Positions 20,881-30,973 of a stretch of DNA of 64,000 nucleotides are shown here, one piece after another (position 1 is the first letter of the stretch; each line of letters opens with the position of its first letter). The translations under genes and the position numbers were made by a program. The DNA lies in NCBI GenBank assembly GCA_002069125.1, contig MVZN01000001.1, positions 71,696 to 135,695 on the forward strand, written 5' to 3'. Source of the stretch: Spirochaetes bacterium ADurb.BinA120. GTDB lineage: Bacteria; Spirochaetota; UBA4802; UBA5368. Below the pieces are notes generated by a model. That model was not told where the DNA came from. It saw nothing but the letters and a program-made list of their open reading frames with translations, and did not search any database.

Positions 20881-21825
20881 TTACCGTCCAGGCCGTAAAA
20901 ATTGGACCATCTCCTTGTTTACCAGAGCGGGATGGCTCTCCATAAGCGCGTGCGGCCCGCCGGGAACCGCAACGAGCCTCGAATTCGTCAGCAGGTCGTG
21001 CATCCTTTTCGCCGATTCGGCCGGAACAAGGCGGTCTTCGGAGCCGTGCAGAATGAGCGACGGTGTCCTGATCCCGGCGGCGCAGTCCTCGACCTCCCAC
21101 AACGGGGTTCCGAAGTTCCTGAGGATGCGCAGGAAGGCGTATGTGTATCCGCGGGTGCGGGAAGGCAGGATGAATCGATCGAGGTAGTCATCGCCTACGG
21201 GAACGAGGCCGTTGGTGTTGATTGAGGCGTTTATCAGCCGGACCACCGGTCTTATGTTGAAGAGTATGAGAAACTCGCCGAGGAGCGGGTATCGCATGAG
21301 GCGGAATGCGATGTTCCCACTTGGGCCGTGTCGAAGGCCACCGCTTCCAATTAGGACCAGGTTGCGGACCATGGATGGGAAGGAGCATGCGAACCGGAGA
21401 ACTACCGCGCCTCCCATGGAGTGGCCGACAAGGCTCGCCCTGTCGATGCCGAGGGCCTTCATGAATTCCCGTAGCTGGCGGGCGTATAGTTCGAGTGAGT
21501 ACCGGATGCCGTAGGGCTTGTCGCTCATGCCATGGCCCAGGAGGTCGATCGTATGCACACGATAGCCCGCGCGAACCAGCGCGTCGATGGTTCTCTCCCA
21601 GCACAGGGAGGAGTGGCTGAACCCATGCACCAGGATTATATCCGGACCCCTGCCGTAGGTGCGGTAGGCCATGGTGTGGCCGACCACCTGTACCGTTTCG
21701 AGGCCTGTCTGGTTCGCGCGTATCCGTTCGGTTGTGGCTTTAAGCCCCTCGACTATGAGCGGTACCAGATAAAAAAATAGCAGGCATGCGGCGAGGAATG
21801 CCGCGATCTTTCTGAGCGAACCCAT
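20881..21825 (-). CDS. alpha/beta-fold hydrolase with N-terminal membrane anchor
   Basis: GHSMGG nucleophile elbow, HGxxxS oxyanion region. Confidence 0.8.
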   Translation of the reverse strand: MGSLRKIAAFLAACLLFFYLVPLIVEGLKATTERIRANQTGLETVQVVGHTMAYRTYGRGPDIILVHGFSHSSLCWERTIDALVRAGYRVHTIDLLGHGMSDKPYGIRYSLELYARQLREFMKALGIDRASLVGHSMGGAVVLRFACSFPSMVRNLVLIGSGGLRHGPSGNIAFRLMRYPLLGEFLILFNIRPVVRLINASINTNGLVPVGDDYLDRFILPSRTRGYTYAFLRILRNFGTPLWEVEDCAAGIRTPSLILHGSEDRLVPAESAKRMHDLLTNSRLVAVPGGPHALMESHPALVNKEMVQFLRPGR

Positions 21826-21989
21826 GGCCCTCCCGATTTATTATCAACGCGCGGCGTTGGCAAGTATAAATTGATCGGGGGTGCCCATTAAGATCTCGGA
21901 CGGGCGGTAAATTCATACGGGAAATTCCGCGTTCATTTACTGCTTGAAAAATCATATTGCCGAAATACCATTAGCTCCGGAGGCGGGTT

Positions 21990-22340
21990 ATGGCTGAAGA
22001 AAAGAAAAAAATACGCAGGCAGGGCGCGGACAGCGTTGTGAGGGCGATCAACGTTTTGGTGATCATCTCCTGGGTGGTGTTTCTGGTGGCCTTTATTATG
22101 GTTTCCATATCCGGCCCGGGGGGAGGGCGTTCGTACGGCGCCGTCAGGCCGGGCGGCTCCTCCCTTTACGGCTGGGCGATCGCGCTCATGGCTGTGCAGT
22201 TCATTCTATGCGTCACGGGCCTAATGGTCCAGTCCAGCCGGATGAAAAGGAAGTCCGACCGGTACAGCAGATCGCTTATAATTTTCACGGCGCTTTCGGT
22301 GGCGGGCATCATCTTCTTTATATTTACGTCATCCGGATAG
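21990..22340 (+). CDS. small membrane protein (3 predicted TM helices)
   Basis: 116 aa hydrophobic ORF with RBS-like GGAGG upstream. Confidence 0.45.
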   Translation: MAEEKKKIRRQGADSVVRAINVLVIISWVVFLVAFIMVSISGPGGGRSYGAVRPGGSSLYGWAIALMAVQFILCVTGLMVQSSRMKRKSDRYSRSLIIFTALSVAGIIFFIFTSSG

Positions 22341-22406
22341 GGTCGCGAAAATCGTTGCGAGACATGTGGCGCCAGGCGGCCCCCCCGGGGTCGGAGATGG
22401 TGCGCG

Positions 22407-23111
22407 GTGATTGAGGGCCGGATCGTCCCGGTGAAAGAAATGATGCACGGATGGAACAACAAGCCTGCCGAGGCGGTCAGGCTCCAGCGCGAGCTCTCCA
22501 CCAAGATCCAAACCAGCGGCTCGCCCGCAAAAATCGGCATAGTCGCCGGGGTCGATGTGTCGACCGGAGGGCCCGACGGGCTGGGACATTGCTGTATAGT
22601 CGTGCTCAATTTTCCGGGTCTGGAACCGGTCGAGGAATCGTGTCATTCCGGCGAGGTCCCGTTTCCGTATATTCCAGGCCTCCTTTCCTTCCGGGAGGGC
22701 CCGCTTTTTCTGCGGGCGTTTGAAAATCTGAAAAATAAACCGGATGTTCTTATCTTCGACGGACAGGGCATCGCCCATCCCCGGCGCTTCGGAATAGCCT
22801 GTCACATGGGGCTATTGCTGGGGATTCCATCCATTGGATGCGCGAAATCGCGGCTTTACGGCAGTTATGAAGAGCCGGACGAGGAGCGAGGGTCGACCTC
22901 TCCGCTTCTGGGGAATGATGGGGAACGAATCGGAACGGTGCTGCGGACCAGGTCCCGCGTCAGTCCGGTCTTCGTTTCTCCGGGGCACCTGGTGGGCATG
23001 GACGAGGCGGCGCGGATAGTACTTGCCTGCACGGGTAAATACCGGATTCCTGTGCCCACCCGCATGGCGCATATCCTTGCGGGTGAAAAACGTAAAACCT
23101 ATGCCGGGTGA
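22407..23111 (+). CDS. nfi: endonuclease V (deoxyinosine 3' endonuclease)
   Basis: GVDVS...FDGQGIAHPRRFGIACHMG motifs. Confidence 0.85.
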   Translation: MIEGRIVPVKEMMHGWNNKPAEAVRLQRELSTKIQTSGSPAKIGIVAGVDVSTGGPDGLGHCCIVVLNFPGLEPVEESCHSGEVPFPYIPGLLSFREGPLFLRAFENLKNKPDVLIFDGQGIAHPRRFGIACHMGLLLGIPSIGCAKSRLYGSYEEPDEERGSTSPLLGNDGERIGTVLRTRSRVSPVFVSPGHLVGMDEAARIVLACTGKYRIPVPTRMAHILAGEKRKTYAG

Positions 23112-23323
23112 ATAGGATGCTTCCTCAATTTTTTCTTGACACAGGCTGTCGGGGGTTGACTTTTTTCGGTCAGGGCCGCCACGGAGGCATTCCAACCGGG
23201 GGGATGCTGGTGGAATGGGCCCGGCTGGCGGTCTTCCTTTTTTTCTCCCGGATATTCATGTTCAACGGACAGGGGGTATCGATTGTTCCATAGCATGATA
23301 CAGCTGGGTCGGCGGGGGCTGCC

Positions 23324-24655
23324 GTGAGGCATATCGTTATAGCCGGCCTGGGAAGCGCGGGGTACGCCGCGCTCATGGCGATAAGGCGCACATCACCCGG
23401 AACCCGCATAACCGTCATAGACCCCAAGCCGCGAGACCTGGCGCATCCCTGCGGCATACCCTATGCACTGGGCGGACAGGTCCCCGCCGACGGCCTCGAA
23501 CAGGACATATATCTGAACAAGATGGGCGTAAAAAAAATAAGCGGCAGGGTCCTCGCCTTCGACGGAGCCGCGCATACCGTGACGGTCGCCGCCGACGGCG
23601 AGCATGCATTGGAGTACGACGCGGCGATTATCACTACAGGCGCGGTTCCGGTACTGCCGCCCATAAAGGGCCTGGAGAGCGTACTATATAAGGGCCTCTA
23701 TCCGCTCGCTACGACCGACGATCTAAAAAAGATAAAGGGCAGGCTGGATTCCTCCGTGCACGGCATCGTCATAGGCGCAGGCGCTATAGGTCTCGAGGCG
23801 GCGATAGCCCTTCGAAAGCACCTTAAGGGAATAGCGATTCTCGAGATGCGTTCACAGATACTGCCGGGGGTTCTGGATCCGGACATGACCGAGCCGGTGA
23901 GAGAACACCTCGAATCCTATGGCATCGGCGTCCACACGGATACCCAGGCGGACGGCGTTATCGAGCTAAACGGCTTTGGCGGCGTTACCGGGGGCGGGAA
24001 TAAATATGAGGGCGAAACCGGAATCCTCTCCGCTGGATTCAGGGCAAACACGGAGGCGGCCGGCGTCTCGGGCCTTGCCCTCGATCCGTTGGGCATCGTA
24101 GTGGACGGGAGGATGCGGACTTCTTCCATTGATATATATGCGGCAGGCGATTGCGCCGCCAACTGGTCCATCATAGACGGTTCGAGGCTCCCGGTGAAGC
24201 TTGCCACCGGAGCGTACAGGATGGGCATCGTCGCCGGTATCAACGCGGCCGGGGGCGATGCGGAATACAGGGGTACGGCCGGCACCTTCGTTACGAGGAT
24301 CGGAAACCTCGAGGTGGCGGGCACCGGATATACGACACAGGCGGCCAGGGCGGCCGGATATACTCCCGTAGAAGGAAAAATCCGAACGACAATACTCCCG
24401 GATTATTTTCCGGAGAATACAACGATCTCGATAAAGGTCCTGTGCGACAGAATGAGCGGGCGCTTTTTAGGGGCGCAGGCCGTCGCCGAAAGGGGCGCGG
24501 CGGAGCGCGTCAACCTCGTAAGCATGGCGCTCGAGACCGGAATGCTGCCCGCGGACTTCTGGAGGGTGGAACTCGCCTATTGCCCCGCGGTGAGCGAGGT
24601 CGTCGATCCGCTTAACAAGGCGATCGAATTCGCGCTTAGGAGGATGGCCCGATGA
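23324..24655 (+). CDS. FAD-dependent pyridine nucleotide-disulfide oxidoreductase, NADH oxidase/CoA-disulfide reductase family (single redox Cys)
   Basis: N-terminal GxGxxG, single-Cys motif AHPCGIPYALGG, second NAD GxGxxG, C-terminal dimerisation domain; ATGA overlap with gcvT. Confidence 0.8.
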   Translation: MRHIVIAGLGSAGYAALMAIRRTSPGTRITVIDPKPRDLAHPCGIPYALGGQVPADGLEQDIYLNKMGVKKISGRVLAFDGAAHTVTVAADGEHALEYDAAIITTGAVPVLPPIKGLESVLYKGLYPLATTDDLKKIKGRLDSSVHGIVIGAGAIGLEAAIALRKHLKGIAILEMRSQILPGVLDPDMTEPVREHLESYGIGVHTDTQADGVIELNGFGGVTGGGNKYEGETGILSAGFRANTEAAGVSGLALDPLGIVVDGRMRTSSIDIYAAGDCAANWSIIDGSRLPVKLATGAYRMGIVAGINAAGGDAEYRGTAGTFVTRIGNLEVAGTGYTTQAARAAGYTPVEGKIRTTILPDYFPENTTISIKVLCDRMSGRFLGAQAVAERGAAERVNLVSMALETGMLPADFWRVELAYCPAVSEVVDPLNKAIEFALRRMAR

Positions 24656-25740
24656 TGCGAAGGACGGCGCTGTACGAGGAGCACCTCGCGCTCGACGGGC
24701 GCATGGTGGATTTTGCGGGATGGGAGCTTCCGGTGCTTTACTCATCCATCATCGAGGAGCACGCGGCGACCAGGACCGGGGCGGGGCTTTTCGACGTTTC
24801 GCACATGGGCGAGATTATTGTAAATGGGCCCGGCGCGAAGAGCTTCCTTCGACGGATGATACCGACGCGCGTCGATAAGCTGGCCCCGTCGCGTTCCATG
24901 TACACCTGTCTTTGCCGGGAGGACGGGGGCGTGGTGGATGATATCTTCATCTTCATGATATCGGAATCCGAATTCTATATAGTGGTTAACGCCGCCACCA
25001 TCGAAAAGGACCTAAAATGGGTGCGCGCCCATGCCTCGAACGATGTGGAGATCGTCGATGTGTCCGCCGAAACATCCAAAATTGACTTGCAGGGCCCGGC
25101 CTCTCTCGATATCCTCACGCGCGTACTCGCGGACGAACGCGCTGGGCGCCTCGAGCGGTTTGAATTTTTTCATGCCGAGCACAGGGCCGTGCGCCTTATG
25201 GTTTCGCGCACGGGCTATACAGGCGAAAACGGATACGAGCTCTTTGTGCCCAACGATGCCGCAGTCTCGCTATGGAGGGAGCTCCTCCAGGCGGGAGAGG
25301 AGTACGGAATAAAACCGGCAGGCCTGGGCGCGCGCGACATGTTAAGGCTCGAGGCGGCCTATTCGCTCTACGGCCACGAATTGTCGGATACCATCACCCC
25401 GGTCGAGGCCGGACTCAATTGGCTTGTAACGAGCGCGGACGACTATATAGGCCGCAGGGTGCTCGTGGAACAGAAGGAGAAGGGGGCGCCGCGGACGATC
25501 ATCTGTTTCGAACTCGAGGGCAGGGGGGTGCCCAGGGAACACTGCCCGGTCCTTAAAGACGGCGTCGAAATCGGCATGAGCACCAGCGGCGGGTTCTCGC
25601 CGATCCTGAAAAAGGGAATCGGCATGGCGCTGGTAAAGGCCGGAACGCTCGCCGTAGGAGACGCTTTCTCCCTGCTTATCCGGGATAACCCCGTGCCGGC
25701 GCGCGCGGTGAAGCGGCCCTTTTACGCATTCAACGGCTGA
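24652..25740 (+). CDS. gcvT: glycine cleavage system T protein (aminomethyltransferase)
   Basis: 362 aa GcvT family; operon context with gcvH/gcvP. Confidence 0.92.
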   Translation: MMRRTALYEEHLALDGRMVDFAGWELPVLYSSIIEEHAATRTGAGLFDVSHMGEIIVNGPGAKSFLRRMIPTRVDKLAPSRSMYTCLCREDGGVVDDIFIFMISESEFYIVVNAATIEKDLKWVRAHASNDVEIVDVSAETSKIDLQGPASLDILTRVLADERAGRLERFEFFHAEHRAVRLMVSRTGYTGENGYELFVPNDAAVSLWRELLQAGEEYGIKPAGLGARDMLRLEAAYSLYGHELSDTITPVEAGLNWLVTSADDYIGRRVLVEQKEKGAPRTIICFELEGRGVPREHCPVLKDGVEIGMSTSGGFSPILKKGIGMALVKAGTLAVGDAFSLLIRDNPVPARAVKRPFYAFNG

Positions 25741-25804
25741 GGGGCGCACGCCGGAGACCATAACCGCACCCGGACGGACCGGGCGGACACAATCGGAGGG
25801 ATTA

Positions 25805-26197
25805 ATGAGCCACATACCGGACGACCTCAAGTACACCAAAGACAGCGAATGGATACGCATGGACGACGAATTCACGGCCACCTGCGGAATAACCGACCAT
25901 GCGCAGGAGATGCTGACCGACATAGTGTTTGTCGAGCTGCCCGAACCGGGCATGGAGGTGGCCGGCGGCGAGCAGGTCGCCGTGGTGGAGTCGGTAAAGG
26001 CGGTGTCCAACGTATATTCACCCGTCTCGGGAAGGATATCCGAGGTCAACAGGGCGCTGGAGGGCTCCCCCGAGCTTCTCAACGGCGACCCCTACGGCGA
26101 GGGCTGGATGTTTAAGATAGAGATGAAGGCGCCGCGGGAGCTCGACGGGTTGATGGACGCAGCGGCCTACGCCGCCCATATCGAGTCGGAGAGTTGA
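25805..26197 (+). CDS. gcvH: glycine cleavage system H protein (lipoyl carrier)
   Basis: 130 aa, lipoyl-lysine motif ESVKAVS. Confidence 0.92.
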   Translation: MSHIPDDLKYTKDSEWIRMDDEFTATCGITDHAQEMLTDIVFVELPEPGMEVAGGEQVAVVESVKAVSNVYSPVSGRISEVNRALEGSPELLNGDPYGEGWMFKIEMKAPRELDGLMDAAAYAAHIESES

Positions 26198-26198
26198 T

Positions 26199-27521
26199 AT
26201 GAAATACACATGCGGCGCCGATGCCGACCGCGCGGCGATGCTCGCGTCGATCGGTGTTCGCTCGGTCGACGAGCTCTTCGCGGGCATTCCAAAGGATTTC
26301 AGGCTCAAGGGGGGGCTCGATCTTCCGGAGGCGCTCTCGGAGATCGAGGTCATGCGCCGCATGGAGGAGCTTGCCGGAAAGAACAGGCCAGGGCGCTGTT
26401 TCGCCGGGGCCGGATCCTATGTTCATTATCTGCCCGCGGCGGTAGACGCTCTCGCCTCGCGCTCCGAATTCTACACCGCCTACACGCCCTATCAGGCCGA
26501 GGTAAGCCAGGGCACCCTGACCGCCATTTTCGAGTTTCAAACCTTCATCTGCCGGCTGACGGGAATGGACGTGGCGAACGCAAGCATGTACGACGGCGCC
26601 ACGGCGCTCGCCGAGTCCGTCCTCATGTCGGTGGGCGTTTCGGGTAAAAAGACGGTGGCTGTGGCCGATACGCTGCATCCCCATTACCGCCGGGTGCTCG
26701 AAACCTACTGCTGGGCCAACGATGTGGAAATTCGAACGGCCCACGGCGAAGCGGGGGTGATGATGACGCCCGCCGCGGACGCACTTGACGGGGCCTCGGC
26801 CCTCATCATCCAGAGCCCCAACTTCTTCGGCTGCGTGGAGGACGTATCGGCCCTGTCTTCCGCTGCGCACGCGGCCGGGGCCCATTCAATAGTCGTTGTG
26901 ACCGAGCCGCACAGCCTGGGGCTCCTCGCCCCGCCTGGGAAATCGGGCGCGGACATCGTTTGCGGCGAGGCGCAGTCGTTCGGAAACCCCGTGGGTTTCG
27001 GCGGGCCGGCGCTCGGGATGCTTGCGGCGGGCGCAGGATTCATGCGCCGCATGCCGGGCCGGCTCGTGGGGCGCACTGTGGACTCGGCGGGCAAAGAGGC
27101 CTATGCACTCACCCTTCAGACGCGCGAACAGCACATACGCCGCGAGAGGGCCACGTCCAATATCTGCACCAATCAGGGCCTTTGCGCGCTAAGGGCCGCC
27201 ATATACCTTTCGGTTCTGGGAAACGGAATCCGAAAGCTCGCGATCTTGAACCATAAGCTTGCGGCGCGATGCAAAAAGTCGCTAAGCTCAAAGGGGTTTA
27301 GGCCGGTCTTCGAGAGGCCGTATTTCAACGAGTTCGCGGTGAAGATACCTGGGGCGCCTGCCGTGATGAAGCGCCTCGAGGAAGAGGGTTATGTGCCCGG
27401 CGTGCATCTGGGCGATTATTACGAAGAGTATGAGGACTGCGTGCTCATCTGCTGCACGGAGATGACCGGCCCGGACGATATGGACGGGTTCGCGGAGGCG
27501 GTGGCGCGCTTCGCCAAATGA
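26199..27521 (+). CDS. gcvPA: glycine dehydrogenase (decarboxylating) subunit 1
   Basis: 440 aa P-protein N-terminal half. Confidence 0.92.
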   Translation: MKYTCGADADRAAMLASIGVRSVDELFAGIPKDFRLKGGLDLPEALSEIEVMRRMEELAGKNRPGRCFAGAGSYVHYLPAAVDALASRSEFYTAYTPYQAEVSQGTLTAIFEFQTFICRLTGMDVANASMYDGATALAESVLMSVGVSGKKTVAVADTLHPHYRRVLETYCWANDVEIRTAHGEAGVMMTPAADALDGASALIIQSPNFFGCVEDVSALSSAAHAAGAHSIVVVTEPHSLGLLAPPGKSGADIVCGEAQSFGNPVGFGGPALGMLAAGAGFMRRMPGRLVGRTVDSAGKEAYALTLQTREQHIRRERATSNICTNQGLCALRAAIYLSVLGNGIRKLAILNHKLAARCKKSLSSKGFRPVFERPYFNEFAVKIPGAPAVMKRLEEEGYVPGVHLGDYYEEYEDCVLICCTEMTGPDDMDGFAEAVARFAK

Positions 27522-27595
27522 AACGCCCGCGGGTATCGCGCAATGTGCGGGTGAGGAAATCGGGCGAAGGGTATTAGCTTGTAAGGGGTGGAGAT

Positions 27596-29020
27596 ATGCC
27601 GGTAATATTTGAAAAGAGCGGGTGTGGGCGAAGCGCATACCCCATGCCCGAATGGAAGCTCGATGACGCCGATCCCATCCCCCCCGAGTTACTGAACGAC
27701 GGGGTCGATCTTGTCGAGGCGGGCGAGCTCGACATCGTGCGCCATTACACGGCGCTCTCGCGCATGAACTTCGGAGTGGACACGGGGATGTATCCTCTCG
27801 GAAGCTGCACCATGAAATATAATCCGAAAATAAACGAGCGCGTGGCCGCTCTCCCGGGCTTTACCGGGCTGCACCCGCTCGCTTCCAGGGGGCTTTCGCA
27901 GGGCGCGCTCGAGGTCCTCCACGGGCTTTCCGGGCTTCTCTGCGCCATAACCGGAATGAGGCGCTTTTCGCTCGCCCCCGCCGCCGGGGCCCACGGCGAG
28001 CTTGCCGGCGTGATGGTCATAAAAAAATACTTCGAAAAGAGGGGCGAGCGCCGCGGCGTAATTCTCATTCCGGACTCGGCGCACGGCACCAATCCGGCAT
28101 CGGTCGCCATGTGCGGCTTCGAGACTCGCGAGGTCCCATCCACATCCGAGGGCGATGTCGACATGGAAAAACTCCGCTCCATAGTCGATCAAAACGTGGC
28201 CGCCATGATGCTCACGAGCCCCAATACGCTCGGCCTGTTCGACAGGAACACCCCGGCAATCGCAAATCTATTGCACGATAAGGGCGCACTTTTCTACTGC
28301 GACGGGGCCAACCTGAACGCGCTTCTCGGCGTTGTAAGGGTGCGCGACCTCGGCTTTGACCTCATGCATATCAACCTGCACAAGACCTTCTCGACCCCGC
28401 ACGGAGGGGGAGGCCCCGGCTCGGGCCCGCTTGGCGTGTGCGACGAGCTCGAGCCTTATCTCCCGGTGCCGGTAGTGCTTAAAGGGAAGGACGGCTTCCA
28501 TCTCGAGTACGACAGGCCGGATTCCATCGGCCGGATACATTCGTTTTACGGCAATTTTCTCGTCGCGCTTCGGGCCTTTGTTTACATATCAATGCTCGGC
28601 TCGGAGGGCATACGCGATGCCGGGGAGACTGCCGTATTAAACGCCAATTATCTGCTCTCCCTTCTGCGGAAGGACTACAATCTTCCGGTCGACCGGGCCT
28701 GCATGCACGAATTCGTGCTTAACGACAAAAACATGCCCGGCGGCGTAACCACAAACGACATCGCAAAGCGCATACTCGATTTCGGCTATCACGCGCCCAC
28801 GGTCTATTTCCCCCTTCTCATCCCGGGGGCTATTATGATAGAACCCACCGAAACCGAGACCAGGGAGATGCTGGAGGCCTTCGCCGAAGCCATGATCGCC
28901 ATAAAGCGCGAGGCGGAGACAAGCCCCGAAACCGTGAAGACGGCGCCGCATACGACGCCGGTCGGCAGGGTCGACGCGGTGCTGGCTGCGCGAAAACCGG
29001 TATTGAAATGGGAGCCTTAA
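27596..29020 (+). CDS. gcvPB: glycine dehydrogenase (decarboxylating) subunit 2 (PLP-binding)
   Basis: 474 aa with PLP-lysine region (NLHKTFSTPHGGGGPG). Confidence 0.92.
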   Translation: MPVIFEKSGCGRSAYPMPEWKLDDADPIPPELLNDGVDLVEAGELDIVRHYTALSRMNFGVDTGMYPLGSCTMKYNPKINERVAALPGFTGLHPLASRGLSQGALEVLHGLSGLLCAITGMRRFSLAPAAGAHGELAGVMVIKKYFEKRGERRGVILIPDSAHGTNPASVAMCGFETREVPSTSEGDVDMEKLRSIVDQNVAAMMLTSPNTLGLFDRNTPAIANLLHDKGALFYCDGANLNALLGVVRVRDLGFDLMHINLHKTFSTPHGGGGPGSGPLGVCDELEPYLPVPVVLKGKDGFHLEYDRPDSIGRIHSFYGNFLVALRAFVYISMLGSEGIRDAGETAVLNANYLLSLLRKDYNLPVDRACMHEFVLNDKNMPGGVTTNDIAKRILDFGYHAPTVYFPLLIPGAIMIEPTETETREMLEAFAEAMIAIKREAETSPETVKTAPHTTPVGRVDAVLAARKPVLKWEP

Positions 29021-29868
29021 GCGGAAGGATCCCCCGCTGGATAAATCTTAAAATACCCGGCGGGGCCGGATATGTCCGGGTTAAAAGCGTTATCGAGGCG
29101 GAGCGCCTTCACACCGTTTGCATGGAAGCGCGCTGCCCCAATATTGGAGAATGCTTTTCGGCCGGTACGGCGACCTTTCTTATAATGGGCGGCATCTGCA
29201 CGCGTAACTGCCGTTACTGTGCGGTCCGGCACGGCAGGCCCGGGCCGCCCGACCCGGACGAGCCGGGCCGCGTGGCCGGCGCCGTCGCGAAGCTCGGCCT
29301 GCGGTACGCCGTCATCACATCGGTGACGCGGGACGACATCCCCGACGGGGGCGCAAAACTCTTCGCGGAAACCATACGGGCCATACGAAGGATTTCTCCG
29401 GACTGCCGCGTGGAGGTGCTGGTTCCGGATTTTGGGGCCTCAATGGAATGCTCCATCGAGACGGTCATTCGCGCTGCCCCGGATGTAATAAACCACAACC
29501 TGGAAACCGTCGGGCAGCTTTTTCCGTCGCTTCGGCCTCGAGGGGATTATTCGCTTTCGCTCGAGCTCATCGAACGCGTTGTGCTGTCGGGAATACCGGC
29601 CAAGTCGGGCCTCATGCTCGGCCTCGGCGAGTCAATGGAAGAGCTTCGTACAACGCTCCAGGACCTCAAACGGGCAGGATGCTCCATGTTGACTCTGGGA
29701 CAGTACCTTCGTTCCAGTATGGAGAACCCGCCTGTGGCGCGTTTTTATACTCTGGAAGAGTTTGACGATATGAAGTCCCTCGCCGAATCCATGGGCTTCG
29801 AGGCCGTGCTCGCGGGCCCAATGGTGCGAAGCTCCTATCATGCGGGCGAATTGTCGGGGCGCTCATGA
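29008..29868 (+). CDS. lipA: lipoyl synthase (radical SAM)
   Basis: CPNIGEC and CTRNCRYC cysteine clusters. Confidence 0.92.
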   Translation: MGALSGRIPRWINLKIPGGAGYVRVKSVIEAERLHTVCMEARCPNIGECFSAGTATFLIMGGICTRNCRYCAVRHGRPGPPDPDEPGRVAGAVAKLGLRYAVITSVTRDDIPDGGAKLFAETIRAIRRISPDCRVEVLVPDFGASMECSIETVIRAAPDVINHNLETVGQLFPSLRPRGDYSLSLELIERVVLSGIPAKSGLMLGLGESMEELRTTLQDLKRAGCSMLTLGQYLRSSMENPPVARFYTLEEFDDMKSLAESMGFEAVLAGPMVRSSYHAGELSGRS

Positions 29869-30167
29869 CCGTCCAAGCGACGCTTAAGGCTCCGGGCGAG
29901 AAGCTTATCAGAATACGCCTCGAACTCGAGGCCCACGAGGTGCGTGAGGCCGCCATATCGGGCGATTTCTTCATCCATCCGGAGGAGTCCGTGAGCATAC
30001 TGGAAGAGGCGCTCCTCGGCCGCCCGGGCACGCAGGAGAAGCTTTTAAAGCGCCTGCAAGACACGGTGGAGCTTGGAGGCCTGGAGCTTGTGGGCATTTC
30101 GGCCGAGAGTATCGCCTCCTGTGCCCTTAAGGCCTATGAAAACCGAAAGGGCCCGGGGAAGGCCTGA
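29865..30167 (+). CDS. lipoate-protein ligase accessory C-terminal-domain protein (LplB-like, stand-alone)
   Basis: 100 aa ORF translationally coupled between lipA and the LplA catalytic-domain gene; size and position as in split lplB/lplA systems. Confidence 0.5.
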   Translation: MTVQATLKAPGEKLIRIRLELEAHEVREAAISGDFFIHPEESVSILEEALLGRPGTQEKLLKRLQDTVELGGLELVGISAESIASCALKAYENRKGPGKA

Positions 30168-30973
30168 TGGAGGAATGGAGGCTCATTATCGACCGGCCGG
30201 GCCGCGGGACGTACAATATGGCGGTCGACCTAAGCATCCTAAACTCGCTCGCCCGCCAGGCCTGTCCGCCAACGCTGCGCCTGTACTCCTGGTATCCTCC
30301 GGCCATAACCATCGGATATTTTCAGCGCCTGGAAGAAGAGGTGCGGATAAATAAATGCCGCGCTGCCGGCGTCGACGTCATACGGCGTGTAACGGGCGGG
30401 GGGGCCGTGTTCCACGACAGGGAGCTCACTTACAGCGTCTTCATCCCTCTTTCTCATAGCCTGGCGCTTCCCTCCATCCGCGAATCGTATGGGCTTCTCT
30501 GCTCGCCCATAGTCGAATGCCTTAAAAGCTATGGCCTAAATGCCCATTTCAGCCCGGTGAACGACGTGCTAACCGGCGGCGCCAAGCTCTCAGGCAGCGC
30601 CCAGACCCGCAGGAACGGCGTCTTGCTCCAGCACGGCACGCTTCTTGTAGGCGCCGATACGGAGCTTATGTTTAGCCTGCTCAATGTTTCGAAAGAGAAG
30701 TCGGTCGCTGCCGCGGAAGGCTCGCCCGAGGGAAGGGTGACGTCGCTTTCGGCGCTTTTAGGGGAATTGGTCCTCGACGGAGAATTTCAGACGGACCTGT
30801 CCATGCGGCTTGCGAACGCCTTTGCGGAGGGCCTGGGCTGTGTATTCGTTCAGGCCGAGCTTTCGGAGGCTGAGCGGAGGGAGGCCCTTGAAATCGAGGA
30901 AGGGCTTTTTAAGAGGGAGGAGTGGAACCGCGACCGTTCCATCAGACCCGCATTCGGCGCGGCGGGTGACTAA
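30167..30973 (+). CDS. lplA: lipoate-protein ligase A catalytic domain (BPL/LPL family)
   Basis: RRVTGGGAVFHD and KLSGSAQ (catalytic Lys) motifs. Confidence 0.85.
   Translation: MEEWRLIIDRPGRGTYNMAVDLSILNSLARQACPPTLRLYSWYPPAITIGYFQRLEEEVRINKCRAAGVDVIRRVTGGGAVFHDRELTYSVFIPLSHSLALPSIRESYGLLCSPIVECLKSYGLNAHFSPVNDVLTGGAKLSGSAQTRRNGVLLQHGTLLVGADTELMFSLLNVSKEKSVAAAEGSPEGRVTSLSALLGELVLDGEFQTDLSMRLANAFAEGLGCVFVQAELSEAERREALEIEEGLFKREEWNRDRSIRPAFGAAGD

Noticed and set aside
23112-23323. Glycine riboswitch in the long leader before the gcv operon
   Set aside because: No GGAGAG...CACCGAAGGGGCAA-type conserved cores were seen by eye, and the first gene is a flavoprotein, not gcvT. This needs an Infernal scan to be sure.
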